Below, in pieces: positions 9,053 to 18,671 of a DNA stretch of 64,000 nt. The stretch's first letter is position 1. Every line of letters starts with the position of its first letter. The stretch lies in assembly GCA_035493235.1 (NCBI GenBank), contig DATJIP010000106.1:26610-90609 (forward strand), in the 5' to 3' direction. The DNA comes from Steroidobacteraceae bacterium. GTDB lineage: Bacteria; Pseudomonadota; Gammaproteobacteria; Steroidobacterales; Steroidobacteraceae. Below the pieces are notes generated by a model. It was not told the origin of the DNA, did no database searches, and saw only the letters and a list, made by a program, of their open reading frames with translations. Both the position numbers and the translations under genes were made by a program.

Positions 9053-9770
9053 AGAAGCGCCAGGTCAGAGCCGCCGTCCAGCGGGGGCTGCTGTCGAACA
9101 GACGCTTCGCCGTGTCGTCGGTATCGATGTGCAGCAGGTCGACCTGCATGCTCTGGTACGTGAAGGCGACTCCGGCGCTCCAATACCAGTAACCGGTGTC
9201 AACCAGGTCGCGCAGATCGTAGTAGCCGGCGCCGGCGTAGACCGACCAGTTCGGATGCAACGGCTGCAGCAGCGAAAACTCGTACGCAAGCGCCTGCTTG
9301 TCCGCGACGAGGCCCCAGTAGGTGTGCTTGGACGTATTCGGCGACCAGGAGACGCTGGCGGTCGCGCGCTGCTGATAGCTGACCGAGGCGCTGACCTCGT
9401 CATAGTCGTAGCCGGAGTCGTTGTCGTTCAAGTACGCGTAATGGACGTACGAGAGCTGGCTCGACCAGTCGGGGCTCAGTTGCCAGGTGTAGCCGGCTTG
9501 CAGATCGAGCTCGAAGGCGCTGTTGGCGCCGTTCTGGAAGTCGACGCTCGAGCCCCACATGCCGGCATTCCAGCCGTTGGACGAGTGGAATTGCACGCCC
9601 GCCTGCGCCGCAGGCTGGTCATCCGTCTGCGAGATGCCGCGATAGAGGTAGTCGGTGGTGAACGCGACCGACCCGGTCACGTCCGCGGCTGCAGTCGGCA
9701 GTGCGGGCAATAGGCAGCCGAGCAGCGCCACCGCTACGGTGCTCGTTACAGTGCTCCTAGGCGCTAACAT
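9051..9770 (-). CDS. TorF/TIGR02001-like outer-membrane beta-barrel (putative porin)
   Basis: Signal peptide; TTDYLYRGISQTDDQPAAQAG motif; C-terminal Phe. Confidence 0.8.
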   Translation of the reverse strand: MLAPRSTVTSTVAVALLGCLLPALPTAAADVTGSVAFTTDYLYRGISQTDDQPAAQAGVQFHSSNGWNAGMWGSSVDFQNGANSAFELDLQAGYTWQLSPDWSSQLSYVHYAYLNDNDSGYDYDEVSASVSYQQRATASVSWSPNTSKHTYWGLVADKQALAYEFSLLQPLHPNWSVYAGAGYYDLRDLVDTGYWYWSAGVAFTYQSMQVDLLHIDTDDTAKRLFDSSPRWTAALTWRF

Positions 9771-9840
9771 CGCCGCATCCGCGCAAGTCTCCCTGCGCGA
9801 GTATACGGCGATGTCCGGGACGACGGGGTGACCCTTCGTT

Positions 9841-10407
9841 CTAGTGTCTTCCGTGCCTTTCGTCAGTCTCGATCACGCCGCGGGCCTCGCCGCCCAGGAA
9901 TTTCGCGGAGTGAACGTTGGCGTAGGTATTGCCGCTCACGATCGCTTCCACCAGCTCGTCGAACTCGTTGACCCCATTCTGCGACGGCGCGATGCCCTGG
10001 CCGTTCGGGCCCACGATGTTCGCCGCCGTGAGTTCGCCCCTCACCGTTGCCGGGGAGGGCGGACACGCGGGCGGTTGCGGGAACGCGGCCGGCGGTACGT
10101 TCGTCCCGTTGCCGCACAGGAACACACTCACGCCGCCCAGGGTGTGGCGTTGACCGAAATGGATATGCGCCTGCGTGGGCGCATCCTCCAGGCCCTCATA
10201 GGTCAGCTCGTAAGAAATTGTCTGGTTTTCCCGATCGATCGTCGCCTTGAAAGTGCCGTGCGCGCCGGACGAGATCGACGGAACTTCGTTCTCCGGGACC
10301 AGCTGGGCGAACGCGCGGATCGTGCGATGACGGTCGCCCGCGGTGACACCGAGGGCGAGCATGGCGAGAGATATCCCCAAAGCGGGCAGCAGGGCTCTGC
10401 GAAGCAT
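9841..10407 (-). CDS. CHRD domain-containing secreted protein
   Basis: Signal peptide; NEVPS, QAHIHFG, YANVHS..F.GGEARG; GGAGG RBS before ATG 10407. Confidence 0.85.
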   Translation of the reverse strand: MLRRALLPALGISLAMLALGVTAGDRHRTIRAFAQLVPENEVPSISSGAHGTFKATIDRENQTISYELTYEGLEDAPTQAHIHFGQRHTLGGVSVFLCGNGTNVPPAAFPQPPACPPSPATVRGELTAANIVGPNGQGIAPSQNGVNEFDELVEAIVSGNTYANVHSAKFLGGEARGVIETDERHGRH

Positions 10408-10456
10408 GACAGACCTCCAAGTCGGTATTGTTCGAAGTTGTGAAGTGCGCAAGGCG

Positions 10457-10485
10457 TGAGTGCTCGGCTGGAAATCGCCGGTTCT
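10457..10485 (-). promoter_or_regulatory. Putative ECF promoter AGAACCGG-N14-GCACTCA upstream of the CHRD gene
   Basis: Matches the 9024-9052 motif in sequence and spacing. Confidence 0.65.
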
Positions 10486-10592
10486 CGCTGCGCACGGCGA
10501 CCGAAAGAGGTTTCATCGTCCTGTCATGCACGAACTACAGTGCAGGTCCTGCGCTGCAGTTACAATGCGCGCCGGGCTGCACAAGGGCACCG

Positions 10593-11240
10593 ATGACCAC
10601 CGACCATCCTTCCCTCGACACCCTGCTGGAGCGCAATCGCTCGTGGGCCGAGCTCATGACGAGCTCCGATCCCGATTTCTTCGCCAGGCTGGCGCGGCAG
10701 CAGGCCCCGCGTTACCTGTGGATCGGCTGTTCCGACAGCCGCGTGCCGGCCAATCAGATCCTCGGGCTGCTGCCCGGGGAAATCTTCGTCCATCGCAACG
10801 TCGCGAACGTGGTCGTGCACAGCGACCTGAACTGCTTGTCGGTCATTCAATTCGCGGTCGACGTACTGAAGATCCGGCACATCATCGTGTGCGGTCACTA
10901 TGGCTGCGGCGGTGTCGCGGCCGCGATGCGCGACGACAAGCTCGGGTTGATCGACAACTGGCTGCGCCACGTGCAGGACGTGCGCAATCGCAATCGCGAC
11001 GACTTGGGAAAGTTGCCGGACGAGCCCGCCCGACTGATGCGGTTGTGCGAGCTCAACGTTCTGTCGCAGGCCATCAACGTCGCGGAGACGACGCTGCTGC
11101 AGGACGCGTGGTCACGCGGGCAGCCAGTGGCGATTCACAGCCTCATCTACGGACTCGAGAACGGCATCCTGCACCAGCTCGGTCCCTCGCTCGAGGAGCC
11201 GAGCGCAGTCGAGCAGCGCAAGCGCGCGCTCGGTTGGTGA
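10593..11240 (+). CDS. can: Beta-class carbonic anhydrase
   Basis: GCSDSRVP, HRNVAN, GHYGCGG. Confidence 0.93.
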   Translation: MTTDHPSLDTLLERNRSWAELMTSSDPDFFARLARQQAPRYLWIGCSDSRVPANQILGLLPGEIFVHRNVANVVVHSDLNCLSVIQFAVDVLKIRHIIVCGHYGCGGVAAAMRDDKLGLIDNWLRHVQDVRNRNRDDLGKLPDEPARLMRLCELNVLSQAINVAETTLLQDAWSRGQPVAIHSLIYGLENGILHQLGPSLEEPSAVEQRKRALGW

Positions 11241-11243
11241 CTG

Positions 11244-11942
11244 TCAGCGATACGTGATGAGTTGCCGCCGACCTTCCTGGTCGAGATGCGGCAGGCCGTT
11301 GAACATCGACAGCGACATCTTGTCGGCGTTGTAGATCAAGCGCGTGAGCGACGCGTTGTGCACGGCCCAGTTCAGCTCGATGCCGAGGTGATTCGCGAGG
11401 CCGAGCACGTGCGCGACGATCGTGCCGATCACGCCGCCCGAGGTACTCACCACCAGCGTCTTGCCGCGGCCCTCGGTGCGCATGATGTTTTCGATCGCCG
11501 CGATGATGCGTCCGTGAAAGCTGCGCCACGGCAGCATGCCATCGGCCACGATCTGGGCATCGACCCAGGCGCGCGCAGCGCGCTCGAGGAAAAACTGAAA
11601 CCGTCGCCGGTCGTGGTGCAAGCCCGGCCAACCCGCTTGCGCGAGCTGCGCCGGCGTCAGCGAGGCGGCGAATGCGCGCAGGATCGATTCGCTTTCATAC
11701 TCGTCGAAGGCGGGCTCGACGATCAGCGGCGGGGGAGTCGGTGCGAGCGCGGCCGCAACGAGCTGCGCGGTTTCGCGCTGCCGTTCGAGCGTGCCGGTGT
11801 AGATGCGGTGGATCGGTTCGCCAAGCGCAGCAAAGTAGCTGCCGAGGATTGCACTCTGCTCGCGGCCGACCGCGGAGAGTTGATCGTAATTATCGGTGCC
11901 GAAAGAAGCCTGGCCGTGCCGGATGAGGTAGATGACGCTCAT
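11244..11942 (-). CDS. Histidine phosphatase family protein
   Basis: RHGQASFG, VSTSGG, NASLT. Confidence 0.88.
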   Translation of the reverse strand: MSVIYLIRHGQASFGTDNYDQLSAVGREQSAILGSYFAALGEPIHRIYTGTLERQRETAQLVAAALAPTPPPLIVEPAFDEYESESILRAFAASLTPAQLAQAGWPGLHHDRRRFQFFLERAARAWVDAQIVADGMLPWRSFHGRIIAAIENIMRTEGRGKTLVVSTSGGVIGTIVAHVLGLANHLGIELNWAVHNASLTRLIYNADKMSLSMFNGLPHLDQEGRRQLITYR

Positions 11943-11972
11943 CCGGCCATGATGCCAGAAGCGACGAAGCCG

Positions 11973-12185
11973 TTAGCGGTTCGACGCCGTCCGCGCAGTG
12001 TCTTTCGCGTCAGTCGCGCCGAGGTCCTTCACCTCGACCGTCCAGGACTTCTCCTGAACCTGCGTCACTTCGACGGTGCCGTGCCTGCCCGGTTGCTCGG
12101 GCGGCGGCGAAAGCAGCCACAACGCCAGGCCGGCCACTGCGAAAGCTCCTGCTGCACCCACTATCGTCCTTGCGTCGATTGCCAT
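11973..12185 (-). CDS. Small single-TM hypothetical protein (70 aa)
   Basis: GGGAGGGG RBS; N-terminal hydrophobic helix. Confidence 0.6.
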   Translation of the reverse strand: MAIDARTIVGAAGAFAVAGLALWLLSPPPEQPGRHGTVEVTQVQEKSWTVEVKDLGATDAKDTARTASNR

Positions 12186-12441
12186 AACCCCTCCCGCTTT
12201 GAACGCGCGCCTCTAACTGCCCCGGTGTGCCGCGCGCTGAATCTTCGAACCTGAGATGCACGATAGACCTTGCGCGATTTGGGACCGTGTTACAGGTCAC
12301 ACTGATCGCGGGGCGAAGTCGTGTATGGGATGTATCGCGACGCAGGTCTCAGCCCACAAAGCGGCTAGTCCAGTGCCCTACGGCGATGAGTTGCAGATTA
12401 CGACGTTCTGTCACATCGCCCCATGCGCCGCGTCGCAGTTT

Positions 12442-13023
12442 TCAGAAGATCTCGATCTCGCCGGTCGACGTCGCACGCAGCGTCTGCGTCGACTGCTGGA
12501 TGTGCTCGCGCGCTTCTTCGGCGCTCGCGCCCTCGACCATCATCCTGAAGAGCTCGCGCTCTTCTTCCGTGCGATACAGGCGGCGCAACGTCGCGAACAT
12601 CCTTTTCCACTGCTCGCGCTCGGTGGTCTTAGTGCGATCGCAGACGAACATCGCGAGGGCGGAGAGGCTGTAGCGCACGTGGCCGAGGCGCTGCGTGAGC
12701 TTGTCGTAGAACTGGAATGCAACGATGGCTGCGGCAGTCTGCTTCTTGAGCGCGTCCAACTGCGCCGCCAGATCGGTCGGACCGGCATCCGGTGTTTTCT
12801 CGCTCAGCGAGCCGAGCGCCTGACCGGCTTCGATCAAGCCCGCAAACGATTTGACCAGCGCTTCGACCGCGACGTCGGATTCCGACAGCGCCGATTCCAT
12901 CTGCGCTTCGCACAGCGACAGCAGACGCGCGATCTGCTGTTCCGGCGTCCACGTCGAGACCCGAACCATGACCGTGTCGTCGGTCGATTCGCTCGGAGTC
13001 GGCAGCAGGTGCTGGAAGTCCAT
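12442..13023 (-). CDS. Chemotaxis-associated helical protein, CheZ-like
   Basis: AFQFYDKLTQRLGHV (DxxxQ) motif; starts 11 nt after the CheY-like gene. Confidence 0.65.
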   Translation of the reverse strand: MDFQHLLPTPSESTDDTVMVRVSTWTPEQQIARLLSLCEAQMESALSESDVAVEALVKSFAGLIEAGQALGSLSEKTPDAGPTDLAAQLDALKKQTAAAIVAFQFYDKLTQRLGHVRYSLSALAMFVCDRTKTTEREQWKRMFATLRRLYRTEEERELFRMMVEGASAEEAREHIQQSTQTLRATSTGEIEIF

Positions 13024-13034
13024 GGGAGCAGGTC

Positions 13035-13418
13035 TCACAGCACCCGTGCGATCGTCGATAGCAACTGTTCCGGGCTGAAGGGCTTCACGATCCAGCCGGT
13101 GGCGCCGGCCTGCTTGCCGCGCTGCTTCGTGTCCTGGCCCGATTCGGTCGTGAGGACCAGCATCGGCGTGAACTTGTAGGTGCTCAGCCCACGCAGCTCG
13201 CGCACCAGGGTGATGCCGTCCATGCGCGGCATGTTGACGTCCGTCAGCACCAGGTCGACCGCGCTGTTCTTCGCGTAATCGAGCGCCTCGACGCCGTCTA
13301 CGGCCTGCACGACGCGGTAGCCGGCGCTTTCCAAGGTGAAACGGACCATCTGCCGCATCGATGCGGAATCGTCCACCGCGAGGATTACCCGACTGCTCTG
13401 GCTCACGCTGCCCGACAT
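13035..13418 (-). CDS. cheY: CheY-like single-domain response regulator
   Basis: VDDS, TDVNMP, LTTES, WIVKPF. Confidence 0.9.
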   Translation of the reverse strand: MSGSVSQSSRVILAVDDSASMRQMVRFTLESAGYRVVQAVDGVEALDYAKNSAVDLVLTDVNMPRMDGITLVRELRGLSTYKFTPMLVLTTESGQDTKQRGKQAGATGWIVKPFSPEQLLSTIARVL

Positions 13419-13594
13419 TGCTCACTCCAATCGACATAGGGCCGGGCAGGCGCAACGCAGCGTCGCGCGGAGCCACGGCAATTGGCTCGTGTAACGGCAC
13501 GGGCCGGGCGGAGTTGAGGCCGGCGACGTTGGACATAACGCATCGTCGACAGGAACTGCCAACTGCGTACGGGAGTGCGGGAACTGTGAGCCAG

Positions 13595-13621
13595 TACAGT
13601 CCGGCGGCTTGCAGCCGACAT
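13595..13621 (+). promoter_or_regulatory. Possible sigma28-like promoter TACA-N15-GCCGACAT
   Basis: Resembles TAAA-N15-GCCGATAA; about 40 nt upstream of ATG 13662. Confidence 0.25.
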
Positions 13622-13661
13622 AACCTCCAACGACCTGGCAGTGGATAGCTAGAGGACTTGC

Positions 13662-14495
13662 ATGGGCCTTTCCGAGACGATTCTGGCGGCGATGATCGGC
13701 GCAATAGCGACCGTGTCGGCGGCGTTGTTCCAGCTGGTCATGGCCTGGCGTTCGCGCAGCAAAGTCGAGACGCGCGCCAGGAAGGGCACGACCGCCCGCT
13801 CCATCCTTTCCATCCTCGCGCTCATGGTCGCGTCGGCCGCGGGCGGGTTTCTCTATTCGGAATTCCTCAAGCAGCGCAACGCCGAAGACATGCGCGCGAT
13901 GCGCGATGAGCTGAAGGATCTGCGGGCACTGATCGCGCAAAGTCGCGACGTGCCGCGCAGCTCCGACGCGGCTACGACGCAGCCGGCGGGCGCGGTGATG
14001 CCGATCTCGATGACCGGCGAGGGTGTCGAGGCCAACGTTGAGTCGATTGCCTACGTACCGGCCTGCCGCCGCACAGATACCGCGACCGCTTGTGTCGAGG
14101 CCGACGCTCAGCGCATCGCGCTGTGCGGCACCGTGCCTGCGTACGCTCGCGTCGATCGCATCGAGCTGTTCGCGCAGCCCGACGCGGTCCAGCATCCCTG
14201 GGAGTCGCACAAGGCGTCTCTGGAGCAGGATCTCGGCGGCGCCCGCTTCACGGGCAAGTCGTTCGAGTACGCGCAGGCGAACGAGCTCAAGGCCGTCTGC
14301 GTGAACTTCATGCAGTGGAGCAGCGAGCATCCACACATCGCGCGGATCGTCGTTCAGTACGGGTTCGGTGACACGCCGCCTTCGGCGGACGCACCGGCCG
14401 AGGCAGCCTCGCACGGCCCGGCGATCGTTGCCGGGGACAGCTCGCCGACAATTCCCAACGCCGCCTCGCTCGCCACGCCCGTCAGCACGCGGTAG
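13662..14495 (+). CDS. Hypothetical membrane-anchored protein (2 TM, coiled coil, Cys-containing domain)
   Basis: GAGGA RBS; two hydrophobic segments; typical codon usage. Confidence 0.7.
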   Translation: MGLSETILAAMIGAIATVSAALFQLVMAWRSRSKVETRARKGTTARSILSILALMVASAAGGFLYSEFLKQRNAEDMRAMRDELKDLRALIAQSRDVPRSSDAATTQPAGAVMPISMTGEGVEANVESIAYVPACRRTDTATACVEADAQRIALCGTVPAYARVDRIELFAQPDAVQHPWESHKASLEQDLGGARFTGKSFEYAQANELKAVCVNFMQWSSEHPHIARIVVQYGFGDTPPSADAPAEAASHGPAIVAGDSSPTIPNAASLATPVSTR

Positions 14496-14508
14496 CCTTA
14501 CCCGGGAT

Positions 14509-14540
14509 TGTCCGGCAAAAGCCGCGCCTTTTGCCGGACA
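14509..14540. repeat. Perfect 13-bp inverted repeat (TGTCCGGCAAAAG-N6-CTTTTGCCGGACA)
   Basis: Seen directly, just after the 14495 stop; no following U-tract. Confidence 0.7.
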
Positions 14541-14596
14541 GCTGTCGACAGGGCCTCGGCCGCTTTCGACGAGAGAAATAGACCCCGGGGGATTCC

Positions 14597-16225
14597 ATGT
14601 TCGGACAGATGATGGATCGGCCGCTGCTGCTCAGCGCGATCCTGCGGCACGCAGAGCTACAACATCCCAACCGCGAGATCGTTTCGATCACCGCGGACCA
14701 GCCGCGTCACCGCTACACCTTCCGCGAAGCCTTCGCTCGCTCGCGCAAGCTCGCCAACGCGCTCCAGCGGATGAACCTGCAGCAGGGCGACCGCATTGCG
14801 ACGCTGGCGTGGAACGACTTCCGGCACTTCGAGATCTACTACGGCGTGTCCTGCTCGGGCTTCGTCTGCCACACCATCAACCCGCGGCTGTTCGAAGATC
14901 AGATCGCCTACATCGTGAATCATGCCGAGGATCGCTGGCTGTTCCTCGACCCGGCGTTCGTGCCGCTGCTCGAGAAGTTGCAGTCGCGGCTGCCGAAGCT
15001 CGAAGGCTACGTGATCCTCACCGACGACGCGCACATGCCGGCGACCTCGCTGCCGCGGGCGCGCAGCTACGAATCGCTGATCGCGTCGGAGTCGGATCAG
15101 TTCGAGTGGCCCGAGTTCGACGAGCGCACGGCCAGCTCGCTCTGCTACACGTCGGGTACGACGGGCGATCCCAAAGGCGTGCTCTACAGTCATCGCTCGA
15201 CGGTGATTCACACCTACGCGGCCGCACTGCCGGACGCGATGGGCCTCGCCGGCGCGGACGTTGTGCTGCCGGTCGTGCCGATGTTCCACGTCAACGCCTG
15301 GGCGCTGCCGTACGGCTGCGCAATGGTCGGCGCGAAGCTGGTGTTCCCGGGACCGAAGATGGGCGATCCGGAAACGCTGCAGTCACTGATCGAATCGGAG
15401 CAGGTGACGTTTGCAGCCGGCGTGCCGACGGTCTGGCAGGGCTTGATCGCTTATCTCGAGAAGACCGGCAAGAACATCGACAGCTTGCAGCGCGTGCTCT
15501 CCGGCGGCTCTGCCGTGCCGCTTGCGCTGATGAACCAGCTGCGCGAGCGCGGCGTGGAAGTCATGCAAGCGTGGGGCATGACCGAAATGAGCCCGATCGG
15601 CACGATCCGTTGCTTGTCGCCCGAAGCCGCGCAGTTGCCGGCCGCGGAGCGCGACGCGCTGCGCGCCAAACAGGGCCGCACGGTGTTCGGCGTGGAGCTG
15701 AAGATCACGGATGACGACAACAACGAGCTGCCGCGCGACGGCAAGGCATTCGGCGCGCTCAAGGTCCGCGGACCGTGGATCGTTTCCAGCTACTACAAGC
15801 GCGACAGCGATCCGGCGTTCGGCGCCGACGGCTGGTTCAACACCGGCGACGTCGCGACGATCTGTCCGCTCGGCTACCTGCAGATCACCGATCGAACCAA
15901 GGACGTCATCAAGTCGGGCGGCGAGTGGATCAGCTCGATCGAGCTGGAGAATCTCGCCGTCGCGCATCCGGCCGTGGCGCAGGCGGCCGCGATCGCGATC
16001 CAGCATTCGAAATGGCAGGAGCGCCCGCTGCTCGTGGTCGTCCTGAAACCGGGCGCGGCGGCGACACGCGAGGAATTGCTCGAGTTCTACCTCGGCAAGG
16101 TCGCGAAGTGGTGGATTCCGGATGACGTGGTGTTCGTCGACAAGCTGCCGCTCACCGCGACGGGCAAGCTGAGCAAGCTGCAACTTCGCCAACAGTTCGT
16201 GGATTACAAGCTGCCGACTGATTAG
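14597..16225 (+). CDS. Fatty-acid/3-methylmercaptopropionate--CoA ligase (DmdB/AlkK-like)
   Basis: [40 protein letters not shown]. Confidence 0.9.
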   Translation: MFGQMMDRPLLLSAILRHAELQHPNREIVSITADQPRHRYTFREAFARSRKLANALQRMNLQQGDRIATLAWNDFRHFEIYYGVSCSGFVCHTINPRLFEDQIAYIVNHAEDRWLFLDPAFVPLLEKLQSRLPKLEGYVILTDDAHMPATSLPRARSYESLIASESDQFEWPEFDERTASSLCYTSGTTGDPKGVLYSHRSTVIHTYAAALPDAMGLAGADVVLPVVPMFHVNAWALPYGCAMVGAKLVFPGPKMGDPETLQSLIESEQVTFAAGVPTVWQGLIAYLEKTGKNIDSLQRVLSGGSAVPLALMNQLRERGVEVMQAWGMTEMSPIGTIRCLSPEAAQLPAAERDALRAKQGRTVFGVELKITDDDNNELPRDGKAFGALKVRGPWIVSSYYKRDSDPAFGADGWFNTGDVATICPLGYLQITDRTKDVIKSGGEWISSIELENLAVAHPAVAQAAAIAIQHSKWQERPLLVVVLKPGAAATREELLEFYLGKVAKWWIPDDVVFVDKLPLTATGKLSKLQLRQQFVDYKLPTD

Positions 16226-16650
16226 TCGGCGGTCACCAATCTGACGGCGAAGATTCCCCACATCACGTACAGCACGATTGTGCTTGCCACGAACACCTGA
16301 AACCGCCTCACCACCTTGTTGCTGGTGAGATGAATGTATGTGTGAGCCGCGCGCAGCACGACGTAACCCCACGCGCACGCCAGCAGGAACAGCGTAGTCA
16401 GCCCGGTGATCGCGAGGAAACCGCACAGCGCGTAGAACAGCACCGGCACTTCGAACAGATTTCTGAAGTGATCGGCGGAGTGGACGTTCTGCATCGTCTC
16501 GCCCATCTGCTTCGACGTTGCAATTTGCTGCGGATGGATGCGTCGCGAACGCAGCTCGCCGAGACGATCCGATCCCAGCCGCAGCCAGACGAAGCCCGTG
16601 AGGAAGGCGAGCACCGTCGGCGGCACCAGGATGGTGTGCTCGAACGTCAC
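16222..16650 (-). CDS. MAPEG family membrane protein
   Basis: NLFEVPVLFY, RAAHTYIH. Confidence 0.8.
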   Translation of the reverse strand: MTFEHTILVPPTVLAFLTGFVWLRLGSDRLGELRSRRIHPQQIATSKQMGETMQNVHSADHFRNLFEVPVLFYALCGFLAITGLTTLFLLACAWGYVVLRAAHTYIHLTSNKVVRRFQVFVASTIVLYVMWGIFAVRLVTAD

Positions 16651-16660
16651 GAGTCGAACT

Positions 16661-18190
16661 TCATTGGGCGATCGTTTTGACCGGAATGCCCTTGATGCGC
16701 CCGCGCCATTCCGCGGGGCCGGTTTCGTGCACCGACTCGCCGCGTGCGTCGACGGCCACCGTCACCGGCATGTCTTTCACTTCGAACTCGTAGATCGCTT
16801 CCATGCCGAGGTCGCCGAATGCGACCACGCGGCTCGCGCGAATCGCTTTCGACACCAGATATGCGGCGCCGCCGACAGCCATCAGATACGCAGCTTTGTG
16901 CTTGCGGATGGCAGCGATCGCCTCGGGACCGCGCTCCGCTTTGCCGACCATTGCGATCAAGCCGGTTCGCGCCAGCATCATCTCGGTGAACTTGTCCATG
17001 CGCGTCGCGGTGGTCGGGCCCGCAGGGCCGACTGCTTCGCCGTGCACCGGATCGACCGGTCCGACGTAGTAGATGACGCGATTCTTGAAATCCAGGCCGT
17101 CGGGCAGCGGCTTGCCCGCATCGAGCAATTGCGCGAGCCGCTTATGCGCAGCGTCGCGGCCTGTCAGCATCTTGCCGGACAACAGCAGGCGTTCGCCGGG
17201 GCGCCAGTCCGCGACGTCTTCGCGTGTCAGCGCGTCGAGATTCACGCGGCGCGAGTCGGGCGCCGCTTCGTACGTGAGCTTCGGCCACAGGTCCAAATCG
17301 GGCGGATCGAGTTGCGCGGGACCGGAGCCATCGAGCACGAAGTGCGCGTGTCGCGTGGCAGCGCAGTTCGGGATGATGGCGACGGGCAGCGACGCCGCGT
17401 GCGTGGGATAGTCCTTGATCTTCACGTCGAGTACGGTCGTGAGCCCGCCGAGTCCCTGCGCACCGATGCCGAGTGCGTTCACCTTGTCGAGAATTTCCAG
17501 GCGCAATGCTTCGATGCGATTCTGCGCACCGCGCGCCCGCACCTCGTGAATGTCGACGGGCTCGAACAGCGACTCCTTCGCCATCACCATCGCTTTCTCG
17601 GCGGTGCCGCCGATGCCGATGCCGAGCATGCCGGGCGGACACCAGCCCGCGCCCATCTCCGGCACGGTCTCCAGAATCCAGTCGACGATCGAATCCGACG
17701 GATTGAGCATCGTCATGATCGCCTTGTTTTCCGAGCCGCCGCCCTTGGCAGCTACCGCGATCTCGACTTCCTCGCCGGGCACGACTTCCATGTGAATGAC
17801 GGCCGGCGTGTTGTCGCGTGTGTTCTTTCGATCGAACGCCGGGTCGGAGACGATCGAGGCGCGCAGCTTGTTGTCGGGGTGGTTGTATGCGCGGCGCACG
17901 CCTTCGTTGATCATCTCTGTGAGGCTCATGCTCGCGTCCCAGCGCACGTTCATGCCGACGCGAGCGAACACGGTGACGATGCCGGTGTCCTGGCAGATCG
18001 GACGATGCCCCTGCGCGCACATGCGCGAATTCACCAGGATCTGCTTGATGGCGTCCTTCGCCGCCACGCTCGCTTCGCGCTCGTAGGCCGCGGCCATGGC
18101 CTGGATGAAATCGGGCGAGTGGTAATAGGAAATGTACTGGAGCGCGTCGGCGACGCTCTGGATCACGTCGTCCTGCCGGATCGTAGTCAT
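16661..18190 (-). CDS. fumA: Class I fumarate hydratase
   Basis: RPICQDTG, KGGGSEN, GWCPPG, GRDAAHKRL, GPTTATRMD. Start MTTIRQDD at 18190. Confidence 0.93.
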   Translation of the reverse strand: MTTIRQDDVIQSVADALQYISYYHSPDFIQAMAAAYEREASVAAKDAIKQILVNSRMCAQGHRPICQDTGIVTVFARVGMNVRWDASMSLTEMINEGVRRAYNHPDNKLRASIVSDPAFDRKNTRDNTPAVIHMEVVPGEEVEIAVAAKGGGSENKAIMTMLNPSDSIVDWILETVPEMGAGWCPPGMLGIGIGGTAEKAMVMAKESLFEPVDIHEVRARGAQNRIEALRLEILDKVNALGIGAQGLGGLTTVLDVKIKDYPTHAASLPVAIIPNCAATRHAHFVLDGSGPAQLDPPDLDLWPKLTYEAAPDSRRVNLDALTREDVADWRPGERLLLSGKMLTGRDAAHKRLAQLLDAGKPLPDGLDFKNRVIYYVGPVDPVHGEAVGPAGPTTATRMDKFTEMMLARTGLIAMVGKAERGPEAIAAIRKHKAAYLMAVGGAAYLVSKAIRASRVVAFGDLGMEAIYEFEVKDMPVTVAVDARGESVHETGPAEWRGRIKGIPVKTIAQ

Positions 18191-18230
18191 GGAGAGTTCG
18201 AAGCTGGCGGTGAGGCGGGCGGCAAATTTA

Positions 18231-18662
18231 TCACAGCCGCAGCACGCGCTGCAGATAAGCGGCTTCGTCGGGCGGCCGCCCCGAACGTTGCGCTTCCCAC
18301 ATCGCCTCGGCGAGGCATTCGATGATGCGATGCTCGGCTTCGTGCTCCGAGCCCAGCCGTGCCGCGACGGATTGAAATGCCTTGCGGATGCCGGCCGGGC
18401 GGTCGGTTGCGATCTGATCGCGCACGGCGAGGTGCAGGCCCATGTGCAGGAACGGATTCGATTGTCCGCTTTCCGGCGTGTAGTCGCGGTCGAGCGCGTC
18501 GTCGCCGCGTTCCAGCGCCGCATGATATTCCGGATGCAGCGCGATGACGTCGGCGACCTGCGCTTCCAGCGGTTCGATCGGCAGACCTTCGCGTCGCTTG
18601 CGCCAGGCCTCGATGTACACGCGACGCAGCTGGTCGCGCGATTGGTTGTCGAAAAACGGCAT
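18231..18662 (-). CDS. DUF1841 family protein
   Basis: PLE...IALHPEYH, NPFLHMGLHLA. Confidence 0.85.
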   Translation of the reverse strand: MPFFDNQSRDQLRRVYIEAWRKRREGLPIEPLEAQVADVIALHPEYHAALERGDDALDRDYTPESGQSNPFLHMGLHLAVRDQIATDRPAGIRKAFQSVAARLGSEHEAEHRIIECLAEAMWEAQRSGRPPDEAAYLQRVLRL

Positions 18663-18671
18663 GGCGCGATT

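Noticed and set aside
9771-9845. Third copy of the ECF motif upstream of the porin
   Set aside because: Only partial matches (AGAACG; ATACTC) without the correct spacing.
12442-13704. 420-aa minus-strand ORF suggesting a CheY-CheZ fusion
   Set aside because: CheY is in a different frame with its own stop at 13035; the real downstream gene starts at ATG 13023.
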